From Candidatus Methanomethylicia archaeon (GTDB taxonomy: Archaea; Thermoproteota; Methanomethylicia; Nezhaarchaeales; B40-G2), in assembly GCA_029259155.1 (NCBI GenBank), contig JAPDJI010000026.1:1-64000 (forward strand): a stretch of 64,000 nucleotides of DNA, in the 5' to 3' direction. Position numbers and translations under genes: made by a program. Shown here one piece after another: positions 47,866 to 57,514 of the stretch (position 1 is its first letter; each line of letters begins with the position of its first letter). The notes beneath the pieces are model-generated. The model saw only the letters and a list, made by a program, of their open reading frames with translations, was not told the origin of the DNA and did not search any database.

Positions 47866-48534
47866 TTGGAACGTAGAGTGATGTTCAAGAGCGGTGACCT
47901 CCTACTTGAAGGAATGCTCCACGTACCTTCAGGCCTTGAGCATAAGGCTTCAGCAGTGGCCGTGTGTCACCCTCATCCGCTTTACGGAGGATCTATGCAC
48001 AACATCATCGTAGAAGAAGTATGCAGAGCACTTGAGGATGAAGGTATTATAACTTTAAGGTTTAACTTTAGAGGAGTAGGGTCGAGTGAGGGCACTTACC
48101 AAGAAGGTATAGGAGAAAGGATAGACGTAACCTCAGCCATAGACTTCTTAACATCCATAGATACCGTTGACCCCGACTCCCTAGGAGTAGCAGGATACTC
48201 CTTTGGAGCATACGTAGCTACCTACGCAGCCAGCGAAGATCCACGAATAGATGTTTTAGCGCTCGTGTCCCCTCCCTTCTCCATGTACAGCTTCGAGCCG
48301 CTTAATACTTGTCGTAAGCCAAAGCTCATTGTTTGGGGGAGCCGTGACGAACTCGTAGGCTTCTCAGCCGTTGAGGTAGCTAAGGTTGTAGCTGAGCCGA
48401 GGAAGCTAATACTCATCGAAGAGGCTGACCACTTTTGGACAGGACATGAAGTAAGGGTAGGAAAACTGGTAGCCTCCTTCTTTAAAAACGCATTTAAAGG
48501 ATTACCTAAAGACAACGCCAGCGAAAAGCCCTGA
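47866..48534 (+). CDS. Alpha/beta hydrolase
   Basis: HPHPLYGGSM, RFNFRGVG, GYSFG nucleophile elbow, D and ADHF. Confidence 0.93.
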   Translation: MERRVMFKSGDLLLEGMLHVPSGLEHKASAVAVCHPHPLYGGSMHNIIVEEVCRALEDEGIITLRFNFRGVGSSEGTYQEGIGERIDVTSAIDFLTSIDTVDPDSLGVAGYSFGAYVATYAASEDPRIDVLALVSPPFSMYSFEPLNTCRKPKLIVWGSRDELVGFSAVEVAKVVAEPRKLILIEEADHFWTGHEVRVGKLVASFFKNAFKGLPKDNASEKP

Positions 48535-48587
48535 TAGCTAGGCTGGGACCCCTTTAACTTTCAAGGCTCTTAGCGTAACCTGGAACT

Positions 48588-49037
48588 TTAAAACTGAACC
48601 TTGGTATCCTCCTTGATGGTCTTGAGCACTATCATAGTCAACGTCGCCGTCACGCCCGAGATCCTACCTATGCTATCTATGAGGCTAGCCAGCTCTTCTC
48701 GGCTACTTGACCTAAGCTTAACCACCGCGTCGTACTCGCCAGTCACATCGTACACTTCGTAGACATCGACCATAGACCTGAGCTTCTCGAGGATCTCAGG
48801 GTACTTCATAGGATCCGCCTTGATCAAGGTGATCGCCGTAAGACCCTTCCCTACGCTTGGAGGATCGATAAGCGCTTGGAAGCCTTTAAGCACCTTTAAC
48901 TCCTTCAACCTCTTTACCCTCATGTGAACCGTTGCTTCACTAACCCCTACCTCCCTAGCCACCTTGGAGAAGGGGGTTCTCGCATCTTCCTGCAGAAGCC
49001 TAAGGATCTTAAGGTCTACCTCATCGAGTTCCTTCAA
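48588..49037 (-). CDS. Lrp/AsnC-family transcriptional regulator
   Basis: LDEVDLKIL, DARTPF, HTH GVSEATVHMRV, VTGEYD. Confidence 0.95.
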   Translation of the reverse strand: MKELDEVDLKILRLLQEDARTPFSKVAREVGVSEATVHMRVKRLKELKVLKGFQALIDPPSVGKGLTAITLIKADPMKYPEILEKLRSMVDVYEVYDVTGEYDAVVKLRSSSREELASLIDSIGRISGVTATLTMIVLKTIKEDTKVQF

Positions 49038-49094
49038 CTAACCCACCGAAGCCCTTGTTCCTTAAATTAATGGTTTTCCTTGAGGCTTAAAGCT

Positions 49095-49751
49095 TTATTT
49101 ACGACTGCTAAGCTTCCTAGCTTCCACGTATCGGCCGCGAAACCTTATCAGCTTCACCCTCTCCACCACGGCTGACGTTTGACTCCCCATTACCTCTCTA
49201 TAGCCTTCGACAACTTGCTTGAAGAGGCTACGTGCCTTTAAAGGGATAATGCTCTCCAAGGACCTTAACATGAGGTGGAGGTCTACCCCCATAGCTTCCA
49301 GCGATCTCTCAAACTCCCCAAGCCCAAAATCCACAAGGAAAACCTTTCCAGCTGACCAGATCATGTTGGAGGTGGTTAAGTCGCCGTGGACCAGCCCCTT
49401 GAGGTGAAGCTTACCTATAGACCTGCCTGTAGCCTTCATAACCTCCTCTACCCCCATCCCCTTAACCAGTAGGTCCTTCACTGTCGGTCCAGGTACATAC
49501 TCCATGGTTATAGAGGAACCTACAACATCCACGCAGTATAAAGCTGGCACCGAAACCCCAGCTCTCCTCGCTGCTAACAGAAGAGAAGCTTCACGTATTG
49601 TCCTATACCTCCTAAGCGCCCTATCAAAGTCAGCTCTACGGTAAGGCTTAGGCACCCTACGTTTAACCACCGCAGGCAGTCCATACCAGTCGGTTAAAAG
49701 TAGCTCCGCCTCAGCACCTTTCTTAATTAGGGAAGATGGCAAAGATGCCAC
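49095..49751 (-). CDS. bud32: KEOPS kinase/ATPase Bud32
   Basis: GAEA, KPYR, RTIREA, HGDLTTSN, VDFGL, RGRY. Confidence 0.96.
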   Translation of the reverse strand: MASLPSSLIKKGAEAELLLTDWYGLPAVVKRRVPKPYRRADFDRALRRYRTIREASLLLAARRAGVSVPALYCVDVVGSSITMEYVPGPTVKDLLVKGMGVEEVMKATGRSIGKLHLKGLVHGDLTTSNMIWSAGKVFLVDFGLGEFERSLEAMGVDLHLMLRSLESIIPLKARSLFKQVVEGYREVMGSQTSAVVERVKLIRFRGRYVEARKLSSRK

Positions 49752-49772
49752 AACCCTTTAGAGCCTGTTGCC

Positions 49773-50036
49773 TCAACCCATCGTTAACTCTTCAGATTTC
49801 TTTCTTGCAATCTCCACTAGGTCATCGTGCAGCCTCTTCAGCCGCTCTACGTTATGTTCATGGAACTCGCGCTCCCTCACCTTACTCCTCTCATCGTACT
49901 CCCTAGACATGGTCTCTCCGTGCTCACAGTATTCCTTAATCAGCTCTTCACGTTGTTCTTTCAACTCCCTTAAGGTCTGCGCGCTCTTATCCCTAAACCT
50001 CTTGAAAATCTCCTCGATGGGGTCTGCAGATTGCAT
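49773..50036 (-). CDS. Hypothetical charged coiled-coil protein
   Basis: 87-aa E/K/R-rich ORF with GGAGT-like Shine-Dalgarno, tightly spaced in an operon. Confidence 0.7.
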   Translation of the reverse strand: MQSADPIEEIFKRFRDKSAQTLRELKEQREELIKEYCEHGETMSREYDERSKVREREFHEHNVERLKRLHDDLVEIARKKSEELTMG

Positions 50037-50038
50037 CT

Positions 50039-50602
50039 CTACTTAACCCCTCCCTGAAGGATCTTCTTAAGCTCTTCCGTCCTCGTTTTCAACAGCTCGT
50101 CGAAAGCTACCAAGGCCTCCTCAAGCATCTTTAGGATCACCTTAACCCCCTCTTCGTGGGATTTACTTAGGTTCGTAATCCCCTCCTCAATCCTTTCATC
50201 AACGTTTTCCTTAGCTTCCTTAACAGCAGCTTCAAGGCTTCGAGCAGCTTCTTCAAGGGCTGCTAGGTTTATGTTCCTAACCTCAGCCTCTAATCCCTCA
50301 AGCTTTCTGTTCAGGTCCTCGGTGGTCTTAAGAGTTAAGGTGTAGGAAACTATGGTTGATATCATCAACATGCCCGAGAGGGCCAGGAAGAAAGCCCCTA
50401 AAGAAGCTAGTACAGAGCTTAGTGGAGGGCTTTCGAGCGTGGTGAAGGATATCAGTACATACAGTGGATTCTCTCCGGAAATAATCATTAACGCTAAACC
50501 CACGAATGCAGTGCTGACAGTGGTTACGAAGAGAGCTCTAAGGATTCCCGGGGCTGTGGTCTTGATTAATAGCCGACCGCCCTTATACTTCCTCTCGACC
50601 AA
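50039..50602 (-). CDS. Hypothetical 2-TM protein with C-terminal coiled coil
   Basis: Two hydrophobic helices then a heptad-rich tail; GAGGGG Shine-Dalgarno. Confidence 0.75.
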   Translation of the reverse strand: MVERKYKGGRLLIKTTAPGILRALFVTTVSTAFVGLALMIISGENPLYVLISFTTLESPPLSSVLASLGAFFLALSGMLMISTIVSYTLTLKTTEDLNRKLEGLEAEVRNINLAALEEAARSLEAAVKEAKENVDERIEEGITNLSKSHEEGVKVILKMLEEALVAFDELLKTRTEELKKILQGGVK

Positions 50603-50760
50603 AGCTCCCCCCTCAATAATAATAAGAGGAGTAAAGTGGAGCCCTTAGACTTTCCTCTGAAGCCATCCTTAGCTTTAGCTAAGCCACGTCGATAACGACC
50701 TACATAAATATTCCCATAACTTTAAGCTAGGCACAGCGTCGTATTAGTGAGGAGAAACCT

Positions 50761-51768
50761 TTGAAGAAAGACGAGGTACGGTGTCTAGGCATCGAGTGCA
50801 CCGCGCACACGTACGGCGCCTCAGTAGTTTCAAGTAGCGGCAGGATACTCTCTGACGTGAAGGATATCTACAAGCCGCCTGAAGGCAGAGGCATTCATCC
50901 ACGAGAGTGTGCTCAGCACCATAGCGAGGTAGGGCTAAGAGTAGTTAAGGAAGCTTTACGGGAGGCAGAGGTTAAGCTGGAGGAAGTAGACGTGATAGCC
51001 TTTTCAGCAGGGCCTGGCCTAGGACCATGTTTAAGGACGGGAGCTACTTTAGCTAGAGCTTTAGCCTCGCTTCTAGGCAAGCCTCTTGTAAGGGTCAACC
51101 ACGCCATAGGACACATAGAAATAGCCAGGTTAACCACAGGGGTTGAGGACCCTTTAATCGTGCTCGTATCGGGAGGACACACCGTGATAACTACGTACGT
51201 GGATGGAAGGTACAGGGTTTACGGAGAAACTTTAGACATAACCTTAGGCAACCTGCTCGATATGTTCGCTAGGGGAGCTGGACTACCTTCACCTGGGGGG
51301 CCCCTAGTGGAGGAGTTAGCGTTGAAGGGGTCAGTGGTATACGAACTTCCCTACGTGGTTAAAGGAAACGATATTTCCTACTCAGGCCTACTAACTGCTT
51401 CACTTAAAAGGCTGAGAAGCGGGGCGAAGCTTGAAGACCTTTGTTTATCAATTCAAGAACACGCTTTCTCCATGCTAGCTGAAGCGACTGAGAGAGCCTT
51501 GGCTTTTACCGAGAAGAAAGCTCTACTACTCACGGGAGGGGTAGCGGCTAATCGTAGGCTTAGGAAAGTCCTTAGCCAAGTGGCTCAGGAACAAAACGCT
51601 TCCTTCCACGTAGTACCTGCTAAGTACGCGGGGGATTGCGGCGCTCAGATAGCCTGGACAGGTATCTTACATTATCTTCACGGCGACGTCTCACCCCTCG
51701 AGGAGAGCTACGTTAAGCCTAAGTGGAGGTTGGATGAAGTAGATGTGCCTTGGAGGGGTAAAGGTTAA
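50761..51768 (+). CDS. kae1: tRNA N6-threonylcarbamoyltransferase Kae1
   Basis: GIECTAHT, GPGLGPCL, HAIGHIE, SGGHT, GGVAAN, DCGAQIA. Confidence 0.97.
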   Translation: MKKDEVRCLGIECTAHTYGASVVSSSGRILSDVKDIYKPPEGRGIHPRECAQHHSEVGLRVVKEALREAEVKLEEVDVIAFSAGPGLGPCLRTGATLARALASLLGKPLVRVNHAIGHIEIARLTTGVEDPLIVLVSGGHTVITTYVDGRYRVYGETLDITLGNLLDMFARGAGLPSPGGPLVEELALKGSVVYELPYVVKGNDISYSGLLTASLKRLRSGAKLEDLCLSIQEHAFSMLAEATERALAFTEKKALLLTGGVAANRRLRKVLSQVAQEQNASFHVVPAKYAGDCGAQIAWTGILHYLHGDVSPLEESYVKPKWRLDEVDVPWRGKG

Positions 51769-51803
51769 CCTATAAAAGCCCTAAGAAGCGTAGGGGTTAA
51801 TGC

Positions 51804-53015
51804 TTGTTAATAGGGATTGTAGGTAAGACCAACGTAGGGAAAAGCACGCTTTTCTCAGCATTAACATTAGCTCCAGCCTCCATAGATAATAGGCCCTTCA
51901 CCACCATAGAGCCGAACGTGGGGGTAGCCTACGTAAAGGCCCCTTGCGCATGCAGAGAATTCAATGTAAAAGACAACCCTAGGAACTCTCTATGTATCGA
52001 TGGTTATCGCTACATACCCATTAAACTAGTGGATGTAGCAGGCCTTGTACCTGGAGCTCATCAAGGCAGAGGGCTAGGCAACAAGTTCTTGGATGAGCTT
52101 AGGAGGGCTGATGTCCTCATCCACGTAGTGGACGCGTCTGGCTCCACCGATATTGAAGGTAAGCCCTGCCCCCCTGGCTCCTACGACCCCTGCGAAGAAG
52201 TCGAGCACATAGAGCGTGAAATAACGCTATGGTTCATCGACGTGGTGAAGAGAAACTGGGCGAAGGTAGTAAAGCTCTATGACCCATCCAAGGGGTTGGC
52301 TGAAGCCATAACCACCGTGCTTTCTGGACTCTCGATAGACAAGGCTGCTGTGGTTGAGGCCTTAAGTAGGATAGGGACCGGCATGGAACATCCAAGGCGC
52401 TGGAGCGATGAGGATGTAAGCCTCTTCTCTGAAAACCTCAGGAAGATCTCTAAGCCCACATTAATAGCCGCTAACAAGGTGGACCTCCCCACGAGCAGAA
52501 AAAACATACAAAGGTTGAAGGAGAGGTTCGAGGCTGAAGGTATGCCTATAGTACCATGCTCCGCTGAGGCGGAGCTGGCTCTACGTAGAGCTTCTGAGAA
52601 AGGCTTAATAGAGTACCATCCAGGCAGCGATAACTTCCAGGTGAGGGATCCGTCAAGGATAACTGAGGCTCAACGTAAAGCTTTAGACCTCATCGTAGAA
52701 AAAGTATTGAAGCCCTGGGGGTCGACAGGGGTACAGGAGGTCATCAACGCTGCTTGCTTCAAACTTCTCAAGCTGATAGTAGTGTACCCGGTGGAGGACC
52801 CTTCTAAGCTATGTGACCATGAAGGAAATGTGCTTCCAGACGCCTTCCTCGTCCCTCAAGGCACCACTACCAGACAGTTGGCCTATAAGATACATAGCGA
52901 GCTGGGAGACAGCTTCATCTATGCTATCGACGCTAAGACCAGGAAGAGGCTTGGGGAAGAAGCTGTACTGAAGGATGGCGACGTGATATCCATCGTGGGT
53001 GCTAAGAGAAGGTAG
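51804..53015 (+). CDS. ychF: YchF/Obg-family ATPase with TGS domain
   Basis: [38 protein letters not shown] tail. Confidence 0.96.
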   Translation: MLIGIVGKTNVGKSTLFSALTLAPASIDNRPFTTIEPNVGVAYVKAPCACREFNVKDNPRNSLCIDGYRYIPIKLVDVAGLVPGAHQGRGLGNKFLDELRRADVLIHVVDASGSTDIEGKPCPPGSYDPCEEVEHIEREITLWFIDVVKRNWAKVVKLYDPSKGLAEAITTVLSGLSIDKAAVVEALSRIGTGMEHPRRWSDEDVSLFSENLRKISKPTLIAANKVDLPTSRKNIQRLKERFEAEGMPIVPCSAEAELALRRASEKGLIEYHPGSDNFQVRDPSRITEAQRKALDLIVEKVLKPWGSTGVQEVINAACFKLLKLIVVYPVEDPSKLCDHEGNVLPDAFLVPQGTTTRQLAYKIHSELGDSFIYAIDAKTRKRLGEEAVLKDGDVISIVGAKRR

Positions 53016-53066
53016 ATGGAAGGTTTTTGAAGAAGGGCCTCCCAAATATTGTGGGAGATGTAAAAC

Positions 53067-53420
53067 TTGACGGAGTATGACGTAGAGGAGTTCAAGAAAA
53101 GATACCCTCACTTAGCCAAGGAGTTAGCGGAGGGGAAAGGCGTTAGGAGGTTCTCAGACGTAGTAGAGGGCGAAGCTCCACCCTTCATACCTGGACCAGT
53201 AGATTACTTAAGGAGATGTAAGAGCGTGGAGGAGGCCAAGGAGGTTTTAGACTATCTTGAACGTATAGGGGAGCTAGATAAGAAGGAACGTGCAGATCTA
53301 GAAGAGCAGCTGGACAATGAAGGCTTAGAGAGCTTTGGATCAAGGAAGGACTTCGGCTACTACTCGGAGCGATACCTGAAAAACTTGAACCTTAAATCTC
53401 TTCAGCGAAGGCTACCTTAA
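53067..53420 (+). CDS. DUF2095-family protein
   Basis: FKKRYPHLAKEL, VDYLRRC..EEA, GLESFG..K.FGYY. Confidence 0.8.
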   Translation: MTEYDVEEFKKRYPHLAKELAEGKGVRRFSDVVEGEAPPFIPGPVDYLRRCKSVEEAKEVLDYLERIGELDKKERADLEEQLDNEGLESFGSRKDFGYYSERYLKNLNLKSLQRRLP

Positions 53421-53425
53421 CCTCA

Positions 53426-54991
53426 TTAAGCAGCGTTTAGAGCCTTATCCAGCTCCTTAGCTAAGACTCTGCCAGATACGCCTACGTCGATGAAGCTCCA
53501 AGGGAGCTCTTCATCTGGATTATATGGCCTATAAACTAAGCCTTCAAGGTCTATACCTAGATCCTTAGCCACGCTTCTCCATAACCCCAGCTTACCGCCC
53601 TTCTTCGCCACCTCGCTGATCATTCTACCCACAGTAACGTCACCTCTCGACAGAGCAGCTTGAAGCTCCGCTACCCTCAATGAAGCCACGTCCACCTTCA
53701 CTTTAGGTAGCTTAGACGCTGACTTAGCAGTCCGTAAAGCTTCCCTCAACCATCTACGTTCAGCCAGTGGAAGCCACTGGAAAGGGGTGTGAGCTTTAGG
53801 TATCAGCACGTTTACAGAGACGTGCACGCTTGCGAAGCCAAGCTTTGCCAGGTTAGACGTTAATCTAACCATGCCCTCTACGTCCTCCCTCTCCTCTCCT
53901 GGGATACCTACCATAAAGTACAGCTTTAACCTGTTAATACCGGCGTTGAGCGCCCTACGAGCTGCCTCCACGATATCCTCGTCGGACATGGGTTTACCTA
54001 GAGCCTCCCTTAAAGTCTCAGTGCCTGCCTCTGGAGCAATGGTTAAGGTCCTTTGACCTCCCTTAGCCAGCGCCTTAAACACCTCTTCGCTTAATAGATC
54101 ACCCCTCACTGAAGGTATGGAGAGCTTCAACCCGCTTTCCACGACGTAGCTGCAAAGCCCAGTTATATCAGGGTGATCCGAAAAGCCTGCCCCTATAACT
54201 GCCACTTTATCAACTCCACAAAGCCTAACGCCTTCATCGATCAACCTCTTAAGGATAGACAAGCTCCTATGCCTAGCAGGCCTACTTATCCAAGTGATCA
54301 TGCAGAAGCGGCAGCCACGGTTACAGGAGCGGGTAGCCTCAAGGGTAAAGGCTCTACCGAAGATAGGTTCGGTTTCACGCCCTCCTTTCGGGATAACCTG
54401 GCGTAGGGGGTATGGTTCATCGTCAAGGCTTCTAGCCAACACCCTTTCAACCCCCCTTTCCCGTCCAGGTAGGTATACGCCGCGTAGGTCAGCGGCATAG
54501 TCTAGGAAGGCACGTCGTGAAGGATGGTTGATGTACAGGTCGAGGAGGTCGTCGAGGATAGGCTCAGCATCTCCTATGACGAAGAGGTCTACATAGTCTT
54601 CCAGCACGCAGGGATTAGCCCATATAGCAGGGCCTCCAGCTATAATAATAGGGTGCTCCTCACCCCTATCCATGCGCCTAGGAGGAATGCCAGAATCTAA
54701 GAGCATAGAGATGAAGTTTACGTAGTCGAGTTCGTACTGGAAGGTGAAGGCAGCTATATTGAAGGACTCTAACCCTCTCCTTGACTCTACGCTTAGAGGC
54801 TTACCGCCCTCTATAGGCTTGAAGAAACGTTCACACACCACTTCCTCCCGGCGATTAAAGAGGTAGTAAAGTAGCTGTACCGTCAGCCCCGTCATGCCGG
54901 CGCGGTAGATGTTAGGATAGCATAAAGCCACTTTTACCTTGACCTTACGCCAATCCTTAACCACTCGGTTAACTTCAGGGAAAACACGCAT
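53426..54991 (-). CDS. Radical SAM protein (TIGR03960/YgiQ-like, B12-binding-like N-terminus)
   Basis: YPNIY, CERFF, CNRGCRFC, TIAPEAG, YFMVGIPGE, PKAHTPFQW, LPWSFID. Confidence 0.88.
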   Translation of the reverse strand: MRVFPEVNRVVKDWRKVKVKVALCYPNIYRAGMTGLTVQLLYYLFNRREEVVCERFFKPIEGGKPLSVESRRGLESFNIAAFTFQYELDYVNFISMLLDSGIPPRRMDRGEEHPIIIAGGPAIWANPCVLEDYVDLFVIGDAEPILDDLLDLYINHPSRRAFLDYAADLRGVYLPGRERGVERVLARSLDDEPYPLRQVIPKGGRETEPIFGRAFTLEATRSCNRGCRFCMITWISRPARHRSLSILKRLIDEGVRLCGVDKVAVIGAGFSDHPDITGLCSYVVESGLKLSIPSVRGDLLSEEVFKALAKGGQRTLTIAPEAGTETLREALGKPMSDEDIVEAARRALNAGINRLKLYFMVGIPGEEREDVEGMVRLTSNLAKLGFASVHVSVNVLIPKAHTPFQWLPLAERRWLREALRTAKSASKLPKVKVDVASLRVAELQAALSRGDVTVGRMISEVAKKGGKLGLWRSVAKDLGIDLEGLVYRPYNPDEELPWSFIDVGVSGRVLAKELDKALNAA

Positions 54992-54993
54992 GG

Positions 54994-55593
54994 CTATCCA
55001 GCTATTAGGGGGGCAGCGAGCTTAAGCACCTTCGACTTTCTAACCTCTACTCTCCTAAGCGGGTAAATCTTCCTAGCTGCATTGAAGACCTCGGAAGCCA
55101 CCTTACCCAGCACTATCTCCTGCACGAGCTCGTCGAAGTTTAATTGCTGAGCCTTCTGTTCCACTGTCTGACCCATGATCTTACGGATAGCCTTCTCTTG
55201 GGAGGTCTGCGCCCGCTTCAAGGTAATAGCTAGTACCATCACACGCATCCTATAGCCGTCCTTGGTGGTAACGTCGAAGATACCGTCAACCCTTGAAGCC
55301 CCTCTTCTGACTAAGCTCCTTAAGTAATCCCTGGCCAAGTCGTGGCCCTTGAAAACCGTATAGGCGGTGTCTCCCTCAACCTTAACTATTTGGAAGAGGA
55401 GCTTTATGTGTTGTTGAGAAGGGTCGTTGGTTAAGCTATACAATGTGACCCATATGGTTCGCCCAATTAGATTCTCCGGGGAGGAGGCCATGGTGTGGCC
55501 TATCTCAGCGTGGCCGAAGGCAGAGGAAGCTAGTATCTTGTAGGTGGCTTTAGCTACAGGTTTCTTAACACCTCTCCTTGACCTCTGCGACAT
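54994..55593 (-). CDS. rps3ae: 30S ribosomal protein S3Ae (eS1)
   Basis: RDYLRSLVRR, TKDGY, IYPLRRVEVRK. Confidence 0.97.
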   Translation of the reverse strand: MSQRSRRGVKKPVAKATYKILASSAFGHAEIGHTMASSPENLIGRTIWVTLYSLTNDPSQQHIKLLFQIVKVEGDTAYTVFKGHDLARDYLRSLVRRGASRVDGIFDVTTKDGYRMRVMVLAITLKRAQTSQEKAIRKIMGQTVEQKAQQLNFDELVQEIVLGKVASEVFNAARKIYPLRRVEVRKSKVLKLAAPLIAG

Positions 55594-55668
55594 GCTTTAC
55601 CCTTCCAATCGAAGGCTCTTCTGCTCCTTCACGTGCAGCCTCAAAAAGCTTTTCCTTATTCCTGTTCT

Positions 55669-57222
55669 TTAAGGCCATGTTAAGGTCCTCGTTGGAGGAG
55701 GTAGGGCGCCTATGCGCTTCTTAAGTTCAGGCGGCCAATCATCGAAGTTGAAGCCCTTCTGAGCTAGTAGAGCGGTGGCCCACCTAGTCAATCCATGGCC
55801 TACACAGCCTGTCCACAGCTCCCTCCCCTTAGCTTCACGTATCTTAAAGGAGTCAACGTAGTGCTTCAGATGAACGTTACAGGCACTGATCTCCAGCCAA
55901 TCGCTCTCCTCTCTGCTCCCACGGTAGGGTAGGTAGCATTCAACGTCGAGAGCAGGTATACGTGAAGATGAGGATATATCCACAAGCCTCTCCCTAGCTG
56001 CTTCCTGAGAAAGGTAGAACGGTGCGCCTACTGTAAGTCTCCATTCAAGATCTAGAACCTTATCAACCACTTCCAAAGTCCTCTCCAGCACTGCGTCTCT
56101 TATCTCTACAACCTGTTCAGGCGTACCTAGGTATACCAGCTCCATCCTGAGGAACTCGTTGGTCCTAGCCAGCCCTTCAACCCCACCGGCCTCGTTACGC
56201 CAGGTCCAGCCACCGGCGTAATCATACACCTTTACCGGCAGGTCTTCCGCCTTGACTAGCTCTCCGCTGAAGAACTGGTAGAAGGGTGGGCACTGTACGG
56301 CGTCCAAGACGTAGGATGGGGGTTCAAGGATTTCCTTTAACAAGTCAGCTCTAAGAACCCTCCTAAGCCAAAACTCGCGTTTAAAGGGTTCAAAGACCTT
56401 AGGGTCGCGTGGAGGAGCGCAGACGTAGAACATGCCTTCAGGTAAGTGCTCCACGTAGGTGGAGAGCTTCTCTAACACAGCGAAGGGCAGTAACCTGGGG
56501 AAAATCCACTCCTGGAAACCTAGAGGTTTACATACGTAATCTATGATTATCGACCTTAAAGCGCCCACCAGAGAAGCCATAGGAGCCGTTAAGATCCACT
56601 GCCCCCTCGCAGGGAAACGCTTTATCCATCCCAGCTTCTCAGCTTCCTCAGCCACATCTCTAGTGAAGAGGATACGTTTAGGGGTTGAAGTCTTAAGGAC
56701 AAAGCCGTAGGGGACTAGCTTAACCCCCACCTCCTCGACGCGTTCAGGCATCAGGAGCTTTACAGCCCTATCCACTACTCTATCCTCTAGGTCTCCTTCA
56801 CTAAGCCCTCTAAACACTAAGAGAAGGCCTCTCTCTAAACCTCCAACCTCAGCTACCCCTTCAAGGAGCTTCCTAGCCTCCTCCACTCCCTTGCTGGTTT
56901 CTGGAAGCTCCACCCTAAGCTCTTCGACCATGACCTTCCTCAGCCCTACCCTAAACCTGCTCCCCAGCCTCTGAGCAAGCATCTTTCTAAGCCTCAAGAG
57001 GCCGTCGTGAGCCCTAACACCTCTACCGCTCACCACCTCTAGCTGAAGTCGAGGGCCTTCAACGGACCAGTCTACGACCTTCGCTCCCTCTTCCTCGCTA
57101 GGAGAGCCCTTGAGGAGTACCGTGGCGTTAGCTTCCTCGAAAAGCTTCCTTAGCTCCTCTACGGCTGGCTCAAGCGAAGAGCTAAACTCCAGCCATCCTT
57201 TGAGCTTAAACCTCATTCTCAC
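55669..57222 (-). CDS. serS: Serine--tRNA ligase, methanogen-type (Zn-dependent)
   Basis: Mixed alpha/beta N-domain SGRGVRAHDGLLR, WIKRFPARGQW, QCPPFY, GWTWRNEAGG, EFLRMELV, WTGC.GHGLTRW. Confidence 0.92.
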   Translation of the reverse strand: MRMRFKLKGWLEFSSSLEPAVEELRKLFEEANATVLLKGSPSEEEGAKVVDWSVEGPRLQLEVVSGRGVRAHDGLLRLRKMLAQRLGSRFRVGLRKVMVEELRVELPETSKGVEEARKLLEGVAEVGGLERGLLLVFRGLSEGDLEDRVVDRAVKLLMPERVEEVGVKLVPYGFVLKTSTPKRILFTRDVAEEAEKLGWIKRFPARGQWILTAPMASLVGALRSIIIDYVCKPLGFQEWIFPRLLPFAVLEKLSTYVEHLPEGMFYVCAPPRDPKVFEPFKREFWLRRVLRADLLKEILEPPSYVLDAVQCPPFYQFFSGELVKAEDLPVKVYDYAGGWTWRNEAGGVEGLARTNEFLRMELVYLGTPEQVVEIRDAVLERTLEVVDKVLDLEWRLTVGAPFYLSQEAARERLVDISSSSRIPALDVECYLPYRGSREESDWLEISACNVHLKHYVDSFKIREAKGRELWTGCVGHGLTRWATALLAQKGFNFDDWPPELKKRIGALPPPTRTLTWP

Positions 57223-57256
57223 ATCCCTCAGCTACAGCACCTTAACGCCTGCATAC

Positions 57257-57514
57257 CTATTTCTTATTCGCCTCTTCGAAGGAGGCTGAGAGGAGAGTTA
57301 AGGGTTTAAGACATGTAAACAGGTCTTCGAGGGTGGAAAGTACCTTGCTAGGCTCAGGATGCTCAACGGTTACTTGAAGCTTAGAGCCTAAGCTACGACA
57401 TGAAACCTTCAGATCTACAGGCGCCTCCCTATTGTCTACCTCAAGCGCCTCTGAAGCTGCCTTAGCCAAAGCTTCACGTTGCACGTCCACCCATACCTCC
57501 ACCTTGACCTTCAA
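57257..57514 (-). CDS. KEOPS Pcc1-family protein (paralog 2)
   Basis: ALEVDN and STLEDLF motifs; conserved S15-DHH-pcc1-serS-S3ae context. Confidence 0.8.
   Translation of the reverse strand: MKVKVEVWVDVQREALAKAASEALEVDNREAPVDLKVSCRSLGSKLQVTVEHPEPSKVLSTLEDLFTCLKPLTLLSASFEEANKK

Noticed and set aside
50603-50666. UGA read-through (selenocysteine) joining the uORF to the 187-aa gene
   Set aside because: The 10-nt gap puts the two ORFs in different frames
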